This document shows positions 24,868-37,700 of a stretch of DNA of 64,000 bases, piece by piece. The notes under the pieces were generated by a model, which did not search any database, was not told the DNA's origin, and worked only from the letters and a program-made list of their open reading frames with translations. The stretch covers positions 496,001-560,000 of the forward strand of contig NMRA01000101.1 in assembly GCA_002633005.1 (NCBI GenBank), read 5' to 3'. The position numbers and the translations under genes were made by a program. Each line of letters starts with the position of its first letter. Position 1 is the stretch's first letter. Source of the stretch: Phoronis australis. Lineage: Eukaryota; Animalia; Phoronida.

Positions 24868-27800
24868 TCAAGGTAAATATCCAAACGTTCTTTCCATGTC
24901 GTCGACTGGGTTGTCAGTGCCATTGACAGGGTTGTTATCTGTTGGGACCGTCCCTGGCTCGGGAGAGGTCGGGCCTTCTCGGTTAATATCGTAAGCATTA
25001 TACTCGTCGTTGTCAACCATGTTCCTGTAGTGCTTCAGAGACTGTCCGAACGCACGCTCGTTGCCAAACTGTCGCTCCTCATTCTGCCAATCACGAGGTC
25101 GTGCATTTTCCCATGGGTCAGACGCAGTCTTCATGAAAATTTCAGAGTTGAATCCGCCAACTGGTACATCATGGTCGCTATGGCGACGCCCAGTGCTACC
25201 ATAACGCGTCAGACGGTTGCTCCTCCTTTTGTTTTTCTTAGACTTTTTATCCTTCACTCTCATCGGAGATGGCGACCTATTGCGGATCATGTGTGGTGGT
25301 AAGGATTTTGCTCGCGATATATCTGGCTGCGACAAAGCGTATGGTCTCGGCCCTTGTGGTGGTGGCATAACCCCAGGTGGGATATAACGCTGCTCAACGA
25401 AGGGTCCTCTTACGTACATAGAGCGACTGCGTGGATCAGGTTCAGGGTAGTAAACAAAAACTGGGCGGCCAGGTCCTCTGTGTCGCTCAAGTTCAAGATG
25501 GGCATCACCATTTTCCGCCTCGAACTCATCTCTTCTGCTCATTCTCCCAACCATGCGAGTGTAGTCAACCGGCGGCGAAGGGGGACGACGATTTTTCTGT
25601 TGCCGACTTGTGTATATAATTTCCATGGACGAATCGCTATCGTGCCTTTTTCTGTTGGAATTACCCGTGGCCTCCATCTTCTGCTCACTTGCCGCATCAG
25701 GAGCGCGCTCTCGCGACTTGGAGCGTCCCTTCAATTTTCGCTTTGGTGATTTAGCTCTGCCCTGGAACTCTGGTAATGGCGGTGAGGATGATGTCGATCG
25801 CGAAGATACCGAGTCAGTGCGTTTTATAGTGTACCGATAGCCTTTGCCAGATGCTTCAACTGCTGGTGGAGCTCCGCCGACGTGAATGATAGTTGCTGGT
25901 TGTAATTCAGGAGGTCGAATGTTTGCATATGTTCTTCCTGGCGGAGGCATCGGGCCTGGTGGTGGGACTCTTACCATTGATGGCCGTGGGCCTATAACAC
26001 GCATTCCTGGAGGAACCATCATTCTTGGAGGCGGCATCCCCGGCCTTACTGCCACAAGAGGAGGCCGGATGCCTGGGCGGAGAATGGCGCCAGGGGGTGC
26101 TACAAACCTTGGCGGCATGACACCGACTGGGCCAGAAGGTCCGACACCATTAATTCCGTTTGTTATGTTGTAAGTTTTGATCATTCCGTCCCCTGTTGAT
26201 AATATAAAATACTTGTGAATAATGCTGTTGATGAAAAGCATTTCTTTTGTACCCTTATTCAAATTCAAACAAATAGCACGAAATGAAGGAGTGGAGATCA
26301 AGTATCGAGCCCAAACCTCAGGTGGCTGTTGTGTTTCCTTGTGTGCTGCCAGCAGCCAAAAGAGGAAAATTATAATTCACTTCTATTGTTCGGCAGCATA
26401 GGGAAAAAATCTGCCCAGGCAAACAGCACTCTCCTCAAAACGGAAAATTCAACCTAACTTTCTTTTCTGAGCAAAAGCTACACATCTCGTTTTCATAAAT
26501 ACTTGCCTGCGTGAAAGTAGCCTCCCTTTTCCATGTCAATCCTCTTCAACGAAGAATCTTCACGAGCACTATCGGAGCCACTGGCGTCATGCCGTATCTC
26601 GTTTTGCAGCACGTCGACAGGTGGTGGCTCGTCTGTCCAGTTTTCCTGCAACAATGAGGTGATTAGTTTTGGTTTCCTTGGTAATGCTAAATGTTTCATT
26701 TCGGTGGAAAACGTTAACAAACCCGAATGTCTAAAAATGGGCAAATGTCGTTCGGGATAAAATCCTATCCGTCAAATTTCGTAAAAATTTTTCAGCAAAC
26801 CTGGCAAATAATGGGGCAAAAGTGAACAATAAAGCTTTCGTATTAATTCAAAACTCACCAAACTAATGAACTGTCCAAGATATCGGGACAGCCGCAAAAA
26901 TGGTACAAGATAACGCAACTTTTTGGCTCTTATTACACATGTTTTCACGAGGCCAGCACAAAATGTTTTAAAAAAATATTACACTGATTGTAAATGCTTC
27001 AATGAGGAAAACGACCGTAGGGGGCCAGAAGAGGTAATTGTTGATGTACGAGAATGACCGTGACTATTGAATTGATACATTCCTACAGCCGTGCCATGTA
27101 CGTGGACCTGCTGACTGTGGCAAGTTTCTCTGGTAGAAGTCGAACTAATCGAGAATTGAGGTCTGGTTTGTCCTAATGTTTCCAACTCTTGCTCCACAAT
27201 TCATACTTCATTATTCTTTCAGTTGAGAAAATATCACCATTCTGCCGATACCATTTAGTCTGGAGCCTAAATTTATTACATCAAAATTGTACAGACATCT
27301 GCTATTACGAGTAGTTTTATATTCTACCCCTAGTTGCCGAAATGTTTTTTAAATAATTTTTGCTGCTATTTTGTCCGTTTCTTTTGTTGAGTGTGACCAA
27401 CGGTGTTTAAATGTGCCTGTTAAAGTGCTAGAGACAATACTTTTTATCAATACGACACAGTATCATGAATTTTCAATATTTTGTCATTCACCAAACCTTT
27501 GGCAAAGTACACGAAAATGTAAAACATCAAAAGCCCTCTTATGAATTGAGCAGGAAAACGTCAAAATAAAATTTTCAGGTCAAAGTTCTCAGTAATCTTT
27601 TGTTAAAGATCCGACAGCTTAGTTAACTGTTTATTTCTTACTTTTCCTCTCCAATACCTGTTGAAAATAGTCTATAACGTACATTGTCAGTTGTACATTT
27701 TGACGAAACGCAACTCGAAAAGTATAACTTACCTCGTGCTGGTACGCATAGGTACATGCCTTTACCATGGATAAAGCGGCTCGGTTCGACTTGACAATGA

Positions 27801-29802
27801 ATCCGTGACACTCGAGAACTTTAACTCCCTACAAAGTACGCGCTTAGAGTTAATCATACAGTGTAAGATCCCATGATACGTTAAGGTATCACGTTGCCTT
27901 AGACGACATTTCATTTTTACTTCCTTAAAAAACATGCATTGTTGAAATCGAAACCTCTTTATACGCTCTGTACAAACTGAATTTAACGACAGCGATTCAA
28001 TGACGTTTTTCTTGTCCTTGACCAGGAAGTACTCGATTATATTTTGACGAAAGTATATCTGGAAATGAGGACACCCATCCTTTTAGATAATGGACTCGTA
28101 AAAGGGACCCGCCTCTAGGGAACTTGTACGAAAATGTCACCTTTTCCTAGATGGTTCTTTTACAGAGGTCTTTTTAACCCTAAAACAGTACATGATGAGA
28201 TGCCATGTTACAGAAACTGAGCTATAAATTTTATAGACAAAGCTTAAAGGATTTTGAAGTTATTGAGAATTCTTCTGAAGATTTTGTGGTTTTAAAATGA
28301 TGCCTCTTGTAGAGTTTCTACGTCCCAACATGAAAGGGAATTATCTCGGAAAAGGACCGTCGCTTTCATTGGGTCCCGCACAGGGATTTCCACCTTCATA
28401 AGGGCGACCGTATCAACACTAAAGTTTCCTTTGCGTTAAGTGCTAATCTGTCAAAATTGTTCGAATTGGAATGAATTAAAGACATGAGCGGCCTCCAAAG
28501 GTGTCCCTCTATGCGCAAAAGGTATTGATAGCAACGTGACTTAGATGCTTTAACCAGTGTGAGGCATAATTTATCGAAAAGCTTCCGACATGTAGGAGCT
28601 TCACTTTCTGTACTGAGCCAGCTAGAGACGTGGCACTGTTTAACATATGCGTTGATTAAGAGCAGAACAATAAGGGTTTGATAACTAAAAGTACGCGTAG
28701 ATTAAGTAAAAGTACGCGTAGATTAAGGACATTTCTACACGCAGAAAGGTACTCCTTTCTGAATCCTTTGGCACTTCATACATCGATGTCGCGTAGCGAA
28801 TTTCTCGTGGAAGCAGGTTTTAGAGGCTTTTAGGAAAAACAAACGTTAGTGGTATTGCAGGAATGAGTAAGTACATTGTGAAACAATGAAGCATTTCTCT
28901 GATTATGCGTCGTGTGTATGCCACTGTTCGCCGAGACATGTGTCTGAAGGGTAAGTAAAGACATTGCCAAGTGTCCTGTGGAACGTCAGCCCACCTTTAA
29001 TTCCTAGAGTACACTAGTGCAATCGATTGTCCTCTTCCAGGAAATTTTCACCTCGTTTTTAAGTCACTCGATCTGTCTATCGATAGTGTTGTTTGTTTTT
29101 ACAATTGTTTTAAATGTGAAAATCGACAATGAAGTGAAGTTTAAAAGACAAACTGGACGAAAAGATGAGCGACCACGTAATACGAGTGATTTCCCATGAC
29201 ACGTGTTAAATATTTGCGATTCTAATTTAATGTCTAATGCTCGCGGCATATTAGATATAGTGCTGTGGTTACATCATCGAATGGGTTAGTTATTGAAAAC
29301 TGTTAATTCACGGGATAGGTATGATGAGTAGGCCATTAAACTATTGAACTATTGAACTCACCTGACTGCGACGAAGTATAGCCGAGAACATTGGCGGGTG
29401 GGAAGTGCTTTGCGTGCCCTTGGCGGGGTCAGAGTCTAGAGAAACAAATCTGGCCACGCGCTCGTCAGTCGCAGTATTATAAGCCACCATGCACTTGACA
29501 GCAGCACACACGTACAAATTTTGGATTGGGAACCAGATAGTTGAGTCTTGCTCGCCGACATATTGCAAGTGAATACCACTGGTGAATATCGTCACCCAGG
29601 CATCGATACCATCGACCTTTCCATCTTGAGCAACAGGGTACAATTCACTTAGAGGTTTTTGCACTGCTTCCAGTCCGACTGAAGTCTTCAGAGGAACGGC
29701 ACAACCTATGTAAAGGACGCGACATTTTGCCAAAGGCACGTGCTTCGAAGGACCTCTGGGTGGGACGGCTCTTTGAACCGATATTCCATTAGCAACAGGC
29801 AT
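24868..29802 (-). CDS. PTB-domain protein of the Drosophila CG12581 type with Pro-rich and RS-rich tail (about 666 aa, 4 coding exons)
   Basis: Exons 29802-29362, 27828-27733, 26645-26507 (GC donor), 26192-24868. Motifs CRVLYIGCAVP...GLEAVQKPLSELYP...GIDAWVTIFTSGI...FPIQNLYVCAAV...FVSLDS...HPPMFSAILRRSQ|GVKVLECHGFI...AALSMVKACTYAY match my recollection of the PTB_CG12581 subfamily. An upstream acceptor at 29884-29885 implies a non-coding first exon. Confidence 0.88.
28685..28727. repeat. 21 bp tandem duplication
   Basis: TAAAAGTACGCGTAGATTAAG twice. Confidence 0.85.
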
Positions 29803-30921
29803 ATTCCTCAAGCGTAGCGATCAATAGTTGAATTGTGAACAGTGACCGCAGTCAAGCAATGTTCATGTTTATGGCATCAGCTTCTGTGGATAAAAAATAT
29901 AAAACATTATCACAACACAGATACTTGGAACAGGAAAAGGGAATACAAAAGAACAATCGTTTCAGTGGAGTCCCAATCACGCTCATGGAGCTGACTTCCT
30001 TCCAAAGATCATGGGTGACCGTAGGCGATTCTGCTGACTACAAGCAGTACAACATGAGAATGACAATGAAACGTTGTAGAAACATTTTGAAATGACCCCT
30101 ATCGAGGTTGGGCCCCACAAATGGTAGTTTTCAAGATAGTCTGCATTACGTTTCGATGATGTAATTGGGCGGTGACAATTGACATATTAAGAAAACGTTG
30201 AAATTTAACTCTACATATATCACAAAGAGCTTGTTTCAATCATTGGTTACCCCTATGAAACGTCCAATGCACTCTCATCCGCGCTGTTGTCGACTAAAAC
30301 AAAACAAACTCCGTCCAGAACTCTTCGTCCTACTCATTCAACATGGCTGTCGTCATCGATTGAGCGGCTAGTTTTCCACCTGGTCTCATGTACCTGATTT
30401 ATCGAATTTTCAATTAGCGTTCAGCTAATACCGCTCGTCTGCTAGTGTTAGGAATAGTCTAATGTACAGCTACATTAAAGTAATTTTCAAGCCCTTACCT
30501 ATTTTAGCAGTTTTCTCGAACGATAATTTGCCACGCCTGCGTTTCACGACAAATGAAACAAGTCACGTCACAAATACGTGCACCAGCGTTCATGAATAGC
30601 CTTTCACAAATAGTCCAGCCTTTTCACAACAATCCCAAAGGACAATACTTAAAAGTGTATTCAGAGACCACGTGACCCAGTGGCACAGTTGACAATGTGT
30701 GACCCAAGAAGGTGTAACCGTCAGTCATCGCTGCTGGCGGGATTGTTCGCTCAGTAGCGCTCGGGCGGCAGTGAGCAATGTGGCAGCGGGAGGGGCTGCC
30801 CCCCACCCCCCGAAAACGCGTTATATGAGCGCTAGATATCGCAGCATGTAGGCGCGAAATCACAAAATTTACTGCTTCAAACTGTATATATAGGTATACA
30901 TACATTTATACATACATATAT

Positions 30922-31085
30922 CATGGGCGGATCCAGGATTTTGAGATGGGGGGGGGGCAGGGCAGAGTATTGGCCAGGATTTTGTATGTCATACAGTACA
31001 TTGGAACTCCTGAACTGCCCAATGGAATCTTGGAAAATTTCAGGGGGGCCATGGCCCCCTTGGCCCCCCTCTAAATCCGCCACTG
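30922..31085. mobile_element. Short MITE inserted in a (TACA)n tract
   Basis: Imperfect TIRs CATGGGCGGATCCAG / CTAAATCCGCCACTG with G/C-run subterminal blocks. Confidence 0.6.
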
Positions 31086-32895
31086 TACATACATACATAC
31101 ACGCATTGATAAAGAGAGAATTTTCACTTTCGTTTTGGCTGTAGATCAATGTTTTAATTATCCCCGGCGTTGTTTTGTTTGCCTTATGACAGATTAGCGT
31201 GTGGGAGGCAAACAGAGAATCGCTTCGTGTTTCGCAACCGCTATAATCCGTAGCAAGACAACTAAAACAAGGTGTCCTGTCGTCGTTCATGCCTTAGTGC
31301 TCTAGTGCCGGTGAATCACACCTGTCACTGAGGAACAAGGTCGAAAAATCGGAAAATAACCAGAACATTAGCTACCCAATCAACAGTTTAAATACCTTAG
31401 AGCACGGGATTGTTGTTAAGTTTGTTCCATATACACCATTTTAGTGCCTGTGATTTGTTCCATGTCAAGAGTATTTCTGCATACTTCAGTGGACTACAGA
31501 AAACACGTACACCCGATTCTAGTCATCCAATGACTGGTCACCATATCTTTTAATAGCAACACCCAATCTACAGGCACTGTATTGTTGAGTTGCACAGTAA
31601 AATACCTATAAAACTATAAATTGACACATGTATGACTCTAGTAGACGAGATCTGCAAAGCAATATTATGGTAGGTGTACGAGTTTGCTTCGCGAGCACTC
31701 TTGTTTGGGTATGGTTCTTCCTCGAATTTGTGAATAAGGGTCTTCACAGGCGTACTAGGCTAGAGGCACATAAGATCGGCAAGTTTGATTCGGGCAAAAA
31801 TTACGGAATACTCGGGAAAATTAAAGAGAAACTAGGCAGGGACCATCAGATGGAAAATATGGAAGAGGTTATACACTGTAGATATCCTGAATACGTCACA
31901 GCACCGATCAACGAGAGAAGACAACTGGCCGGTGAAATAGTGTGTTCGTGGCCCATGGTGAAACGAGTGGCGATAAGCTGGGTGAAACGCTTATAGTTTT
32001 ACAAATAATTATTCAAACAAGAACACAAGACATGAAGTAAATTTAGCTTCCGTATGCAACAAAAATTCTGCCATCAAGCTGGAAATATAAACTCAAATAT
32101 TTCGACCTGCATCATCATATCTCACAACAGGTTCCGGGGATTTTGGAAAAGAGGCCCACGGGCGGATATTCGGAAAACGACCTTTCAAAAACATTAAAAA
32201 TGAACAGCTGTTCCGTTAATGTAGATAGTAGGACTGTTGGTTTGGGGTCGTCCCGCTGTTCACCGATCCCCGACCTTAGGTTCCTCAGCTATGCTCTTCA
32301 GCCCCCATGTTCCCGGCCCCGGCCCCGTTGTTCCCCCATCCCAATGTTCTTCTGCTCGTTAAATTAATTTCTGCATTTGATATTTTGGTGCGTTTCAGGT
32401 GCATTAACCTAGGCATGTGCGCTGACTTGGTAACGAAAAGACTTAACATTGGGAGAAAAAAAATCCGTTAGATACCCGTTATTTACGGGTACCCTCAGTT
32501 GCTTTTCGGCTGTAGTATCTTTGATAGGTTAGATAATTAAGACACAGATATTGAGGGGACATTTGGCACCTGCCCTCCCAGCTCTCTACAAAGAACTACT
32601 CATATCGCTCCTGGCCGCGAATCATGGCTACAACCGAATTCGATGCGCTTGTCTTAGGCTACACACCTCGTCATTAATTCACAAAGCAAAATATTATCAT
32701 TAATAAAAAAAAACAAAAGGTTCAGAGATATTAACTGTCTCCCACAGAGTTCACGAGTAGCTGTTTAATCTTAGATTGCCCTGACTTCAGGTGTGCTGGT
32801 CCCGGCCTTGCAAAATGAACCTACGTTTTCACTGAAAATTTTAAACTACACCCATGGGTCAGGGCTTTAGGTCGTCAACTGGGTTTCAACAATTA

Positions 32896-33010
32896 ATATT
32901 AATAAAGCATAAACAATGGTTCCAGGTGATCAGTGCAATGGGCCCACAACAATTAGAGTCCTTCTAACGTCTGATACAACGTGTACCACACTGCCGGCAA
33001 TTATTTATAT
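32896..33010 (+). mobile_element. 3' fragment of the same SINE family as 12660-12899
   Basis: Near-identical blocks CCAGGTGATCAGTGCAATGGGCCCACA and CGTCTGATACAACGTGTA. Confidence 0.6.
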
Positions 33011-33501
33011 ATTTTTTATAATTACTACTGACTCTGGACATGACTTGAGTCGTCACGGCCCCTGACACCATACGATGGCTATCAAATGTCACTGTACATA
33101 AAACTTACATAACGCACCGAGATTACGTGGAGTGAGTAAACTGTAAAGTGATGATCGCTTTGTACCAGTGATCAAATTACACGTGACATTTTGGAACATG
33201 GGGAATAAGCACACTTTAGTTATGATTTCCCAAATCTTCGAATCCAGTTCCACTTCCTGGTTGCAATGCTCATACTAGCATTCCTCTTGTGTATACACAC
33301 AGTCGTTAACTAGTTTTTGTATTCAGATCGCCGGTGTATGCTTATGGAGTGGGGCCACAGCAGTGTGTAAATTAACTTATACCAGATTCACACGGATGGC
33401 GAACTGAATGCTCACGTTTTCATGGGCGACGCAGCACTGAAAAAAAGCCCCCAGCCCTCCTGTGGTGCACAATCTTTAGACCATGGACGCCGGAGCATTG
33501 A

Positions 33502-34715
33502 AACAAGAGCAACGTGGAGCATTGAAATGCGCCCACGAATGCATCGCAAATGATGTGCTTTTAGGGTTATTTATTTGCATCATAAATATGGCCACTAGAT
33601 GGCGCAAAAACGTACAATCCCTCCAAAAACGGGAACATGCCATATTCAATAAAAATCTGTCAAGGAACTTCATAGAAGCAAAGGAAAACCGAATAAAATG
33701 AAATTGCCACTTGTGGGCACAGTGTCCGTTGGATCCACCGAAAAGTCGTCGTCGTTGTTATCTGTTCACATAAATACACTTACTAAAATTAAAAAAGATC
33801 CTGCAGTGGGTTTAGGAGATATAGCTATGGGCGCAAAACAAAACAAAATACCACTAGAAGGCGCCACAGTAGTCAGTCGCCGTCATCAAACGTTTTCTTC
33901 ACAATTTTTAAAACCATCCCTAGACTGATTTGGTTGATAGAGGGCTGGACGCCAAAACAAGATTTGAAAACAACAAAAATGGCCACCAGGTTGCGCAAAA
34001 ATACCTCAATTCCATCCAAAAACAGGAGGATAACGTCATTACACCAATATAAGCCTATATTCAAAATTTTATGAAAATCTTTGAAGATACTGGAGTAAAC
34101 GTAAAAAACTAAAATTGCCACTAGGTGGCACATCAGTAGTCAGATCTGTCCGAAAGTCGTCGTCCTCGGTTGTTAACATCATATAAAAACATTTATTAAA
34201 TCTAGTAAAGATACTGCGAACGGTTTAGGAGGTAAAGCCATAAGTACAAAAAACAAAACTGCCACTAGAAAGCCCCAAAGTTGTCTAAGTCGTCGGAATA
34301 TCGTCATCAGCAGTCCACTTTATAGCAAGAACATACATGCCAATTTTCTCAATCATCCTTTGAGCGGTTTAGTTGATAGAGGGGTGGAAACAAAAACAGA
34401 CTCGAAAACAATAGAAATGGTCACTAGGTGGCGCAAACTACGACGAATCCATCCGAAAAAAAGAGGATAGCGTCATCTCACTAGTAGGTGCCTATGTACC
34501 AAATTTTATGAAAATCCGTTGAGGACTTTTGAAGATACTGGGGTAAACGTAAACGCTCATGCCGTTCCATCCACGGAACTTAGGAAAACGTGCAAAATTT
34601 CATGAACATACGTCTAGGCGTTTTGGAGATAGAGCAGCGGACGCCGAACGTACGGACGTACGGATGTAGGTGACGGCATAATGCGTCCACAATTAAATAT
34701 GTGGGCGCATAAAAA
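33502..34715 (+). mobile_element. Second copy of the HINE-like element
   Basis: Same 5' end (AACAAGAGCAACGTGGAGCATTGAAATGCGCCCAC), same internal repeats, GGACGTAC-type microsatellite at about 34640-34670, same terminal hairpin ATGCGTCCACAATTAAATATGTGGGCGCAT. Confidence 0.75.
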
Positions 34716-37700
34716 GTGGGGGACTATAGCCCCCCCCCCCAGCTCCCTGGGTACGCCGCCCAGTATGCTTTTAGCCAGGAAGGCGGACTTCTGCAAAGGA
34801 GTGATTTTTAACAGTCAAATTAGTTCGTTGCTAAACCACCCCAGTCGCCTATAGTAGTCATCAAAACAATCTCTACCACGAACTGATCAATGCTACGATA
34901 AACAAAGGCTTCATACTCTTGCGAATGTATGTCCGCTCTGGCTACATAGCGAAAACGCCAACAGTTTTGGGGTAACTCAAACGCGGTCAGCAAAAGGCGT
35001 AGACTTTTTAGATTATCAATAAATCATGCAATACGCAAAATTCTCTCACTTTATATAAACTGAGATCGCATTTTTTACCTACATGTGGTATTAGTATAGC
35101 CCCAGATGAATGCTAAATCCCGGGGTTGCCCTGTTATACCGCGATGCTGTTTTTCAAAAGTCAGGTCATGCAGCCCTTAGAAACGAACATTCTCCACAGA
35201 GTATGTCACCAGCACACAGGCGAACGCTGAGTATAGTTTTTACGTTGATTTGAAGTTGGCAGAAATTATTTTCTGTTCAATACAAAAAATCTATCACAGT
35301 TGTCGCTAAGGACTACAGCCCATCAGTGCCCATCACGTCACGTGATCAAGGTACTCATGAACCACACAAGCACATAGGTATTCGCACCTCTTAAGAAAGA
35401 AAAAAGTTGCTGATGAATGAGTGAACTTTTGTGAAGTTTGTCTCGTAGCAAAGTCCAAAACAGGGAATGCTTCTATCTTGGATTTTTCGCTTTCTACTCA
35501 CTAAATTCAATGTTTGTAACGTTAGCTTATTCCAATTACATGACCAAAAACGTTCCACTTCAACTGACAGAAGTGTCGTCATTGTCGTCAGTTTGGTTTT
35601 GATTCACTGTTTTAGCATCCCACGAAACTCTATTCCTTTCAATGCAATTAAACCAAATTAGCACAAAAAGTCGTTACAAGCGTCATTGGTAAAAAAGTGG
35701 TCGAACAGATACCGGTGACGTGTTGGTGACGGTCACACCGTGTCTCACAGATCGCAACAATTTTCCACACCGTTAATGTTCACAACAAATATAATATCCG
35801 CAACAATTGTTTATACTAGAAATTCAGCGCATACGACCATCACGTATGTCCACCCGTCTGCCAATTTTTCTGGAAGATATAATAAAAATGGATATTATAC
35901 TTCACAAACATTCCACTAAATCATCATATAAAATAAAAAATGTAACTTTGCATTATTTACAGAAAATTAAAGTAAAAATATGATTTTTTAAAATTCAAAT
36001 TGTCTTCTTTCGTCTGTCAAACCCTCTTGAATGCAATTTTCTCGGTCAAGCAAAGAGAAAAGGCAAAATTGACAGACGCAAGGAAAGATACCTAACCGTA
36101 GATGTATTAACCATTTTTCTAGGTTGAAACACAATTAACCAGAATATTCTCTGATGGTATTTCCGTGGTGTCATTTGAAATTATAGTGTGAATGAACGGC
36201 AACATACACTGAAGATAGCACGGTTTAAAGACAGGGAGAACAAAAAAGCAGTACCGAATTTACACTTCATGAAGCTTCTGTCTGGAAACTAAGTTCCAGA
36301 CATGTCGACTCTTTTAAGAATGCACTGGCTTGGAAAACGTGACAGATTTGTCGTTCAGTATTACCAGTGCATTTGAGACAATTTTTTAAAACCAACCACG
36401 TTACAGCTCATATCCGGGGCTATCGAGCGGTTCGCCGCTGTCGTTACATTTTCGTCAAAGCGAAACTGTTCGCCATTTGAAAACCCGGATCAAGGAACAT
36501 CTAAATTCTGACAGAAGTTCACATTGTTCCGTAGTTGTATGACTTCTTGTTTAGTATTTTGTGTTTTTGAATAAACCTGCCAGACGGCGCTCAACAACAA
36601 AACACACATATTGATATTCAGCTGCAGATCTCCAATTATTGTTATGACGAATGCTCTTTCAATGACTTTGCCCACCAAGCAGAAACATCAAAGGAACTGA
36701 AGCTCTCCATGTCAAATGATGTAAGCCCAGTCTCAATAGGCGACTGGCACCCCACCACAGGTTGTCATTGTTAGTTTAGTCAAGGGGCTAGATCTAGCTC
36801 ATTGGTCTAGTCTACTGTTACTCCCCTGTACCCGACTGTGTCTGTGTATCATTACTTACAGCCGTCTGTATTCATTTGTGCTCTTGAAGAGTTTTTACTT
36901 GTTTCTTCTTTTGAAGAGTTGGTTCATAAACACAGACTTTTCAGTCTGCCACTGTGCCAGTGGGCCTAGTGTTCTGGAGGCTATGTGTAAAGTGGTTGTG
37001 TGGCTGTATTACTTAAGACTTTTACTGTTGCACCGGAACACGGTATTCCTCTAGCTACTGACAAAATACCACTGATACCTCCACCGATCTCCGCCCATCG
37101 ACCCTGATGAAGCACTTAGGGTTCATTAATTTCACAACCAAGTAGTGTCACCTGGTGGCTACTTATGTAACTGAACGTAATCAACATGACAGAGTGGTGT
37201 GTGCAGGTGAACAGCAAAAAAATTGTGAGAGACAATTTTGAATTGTTGACAAAGGCAGCAGTAACGGACGAAGATGAATTCATGTTTCAAAATTAGCGAT
37301 GTAGCTTTGGTTCAGAGATAAAAATTGGGAGAAATTGTGTACATAAACTGACACGGAGATTAGCATACCGAAGTAAAGCCTCTTGACTTGGTCGTCTGTC
37401 ATAGATGTTAATTCTATTCGAATGTTTTGGTTGAATGCTCTTCGTGGTTTATTACAAACATGAGCAAGTCCAATAAATCGAAGTCATCGTCCAAAAGCTC
37501 CAAATTCAACAAATCATGGCCTGTCATTTATTGTTGACCACAGCGGTGTCACCACTTGAATGGGCGATACAAAAACTGGAACTCAACGCAAACGCGAGCT
37601 GTGACATGTGACTTGTGACAGTCCTAGTTACACATTCGCGGTCACATGGCATGGGACGCGAAAACTCGTAAAATACCTTAAACAGATGGTGGCGAATCTA

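Noticed and set aside
25030-26173. Several plus-strand ORFs
   Set aside because: Antisense shadows of the GC-richer last exon of the PTB gene.
36710-37063. Possible solo LTR (TGTCA...TGACA)
   Set aside because: No target-site duplication and no second copy in the window.
37095-37135. CTGATGA core suggesting a hammerhead ribozyme (also at about 56802)
   Set aside because: No properly paired helix II followed by GAAA could be built by eye.
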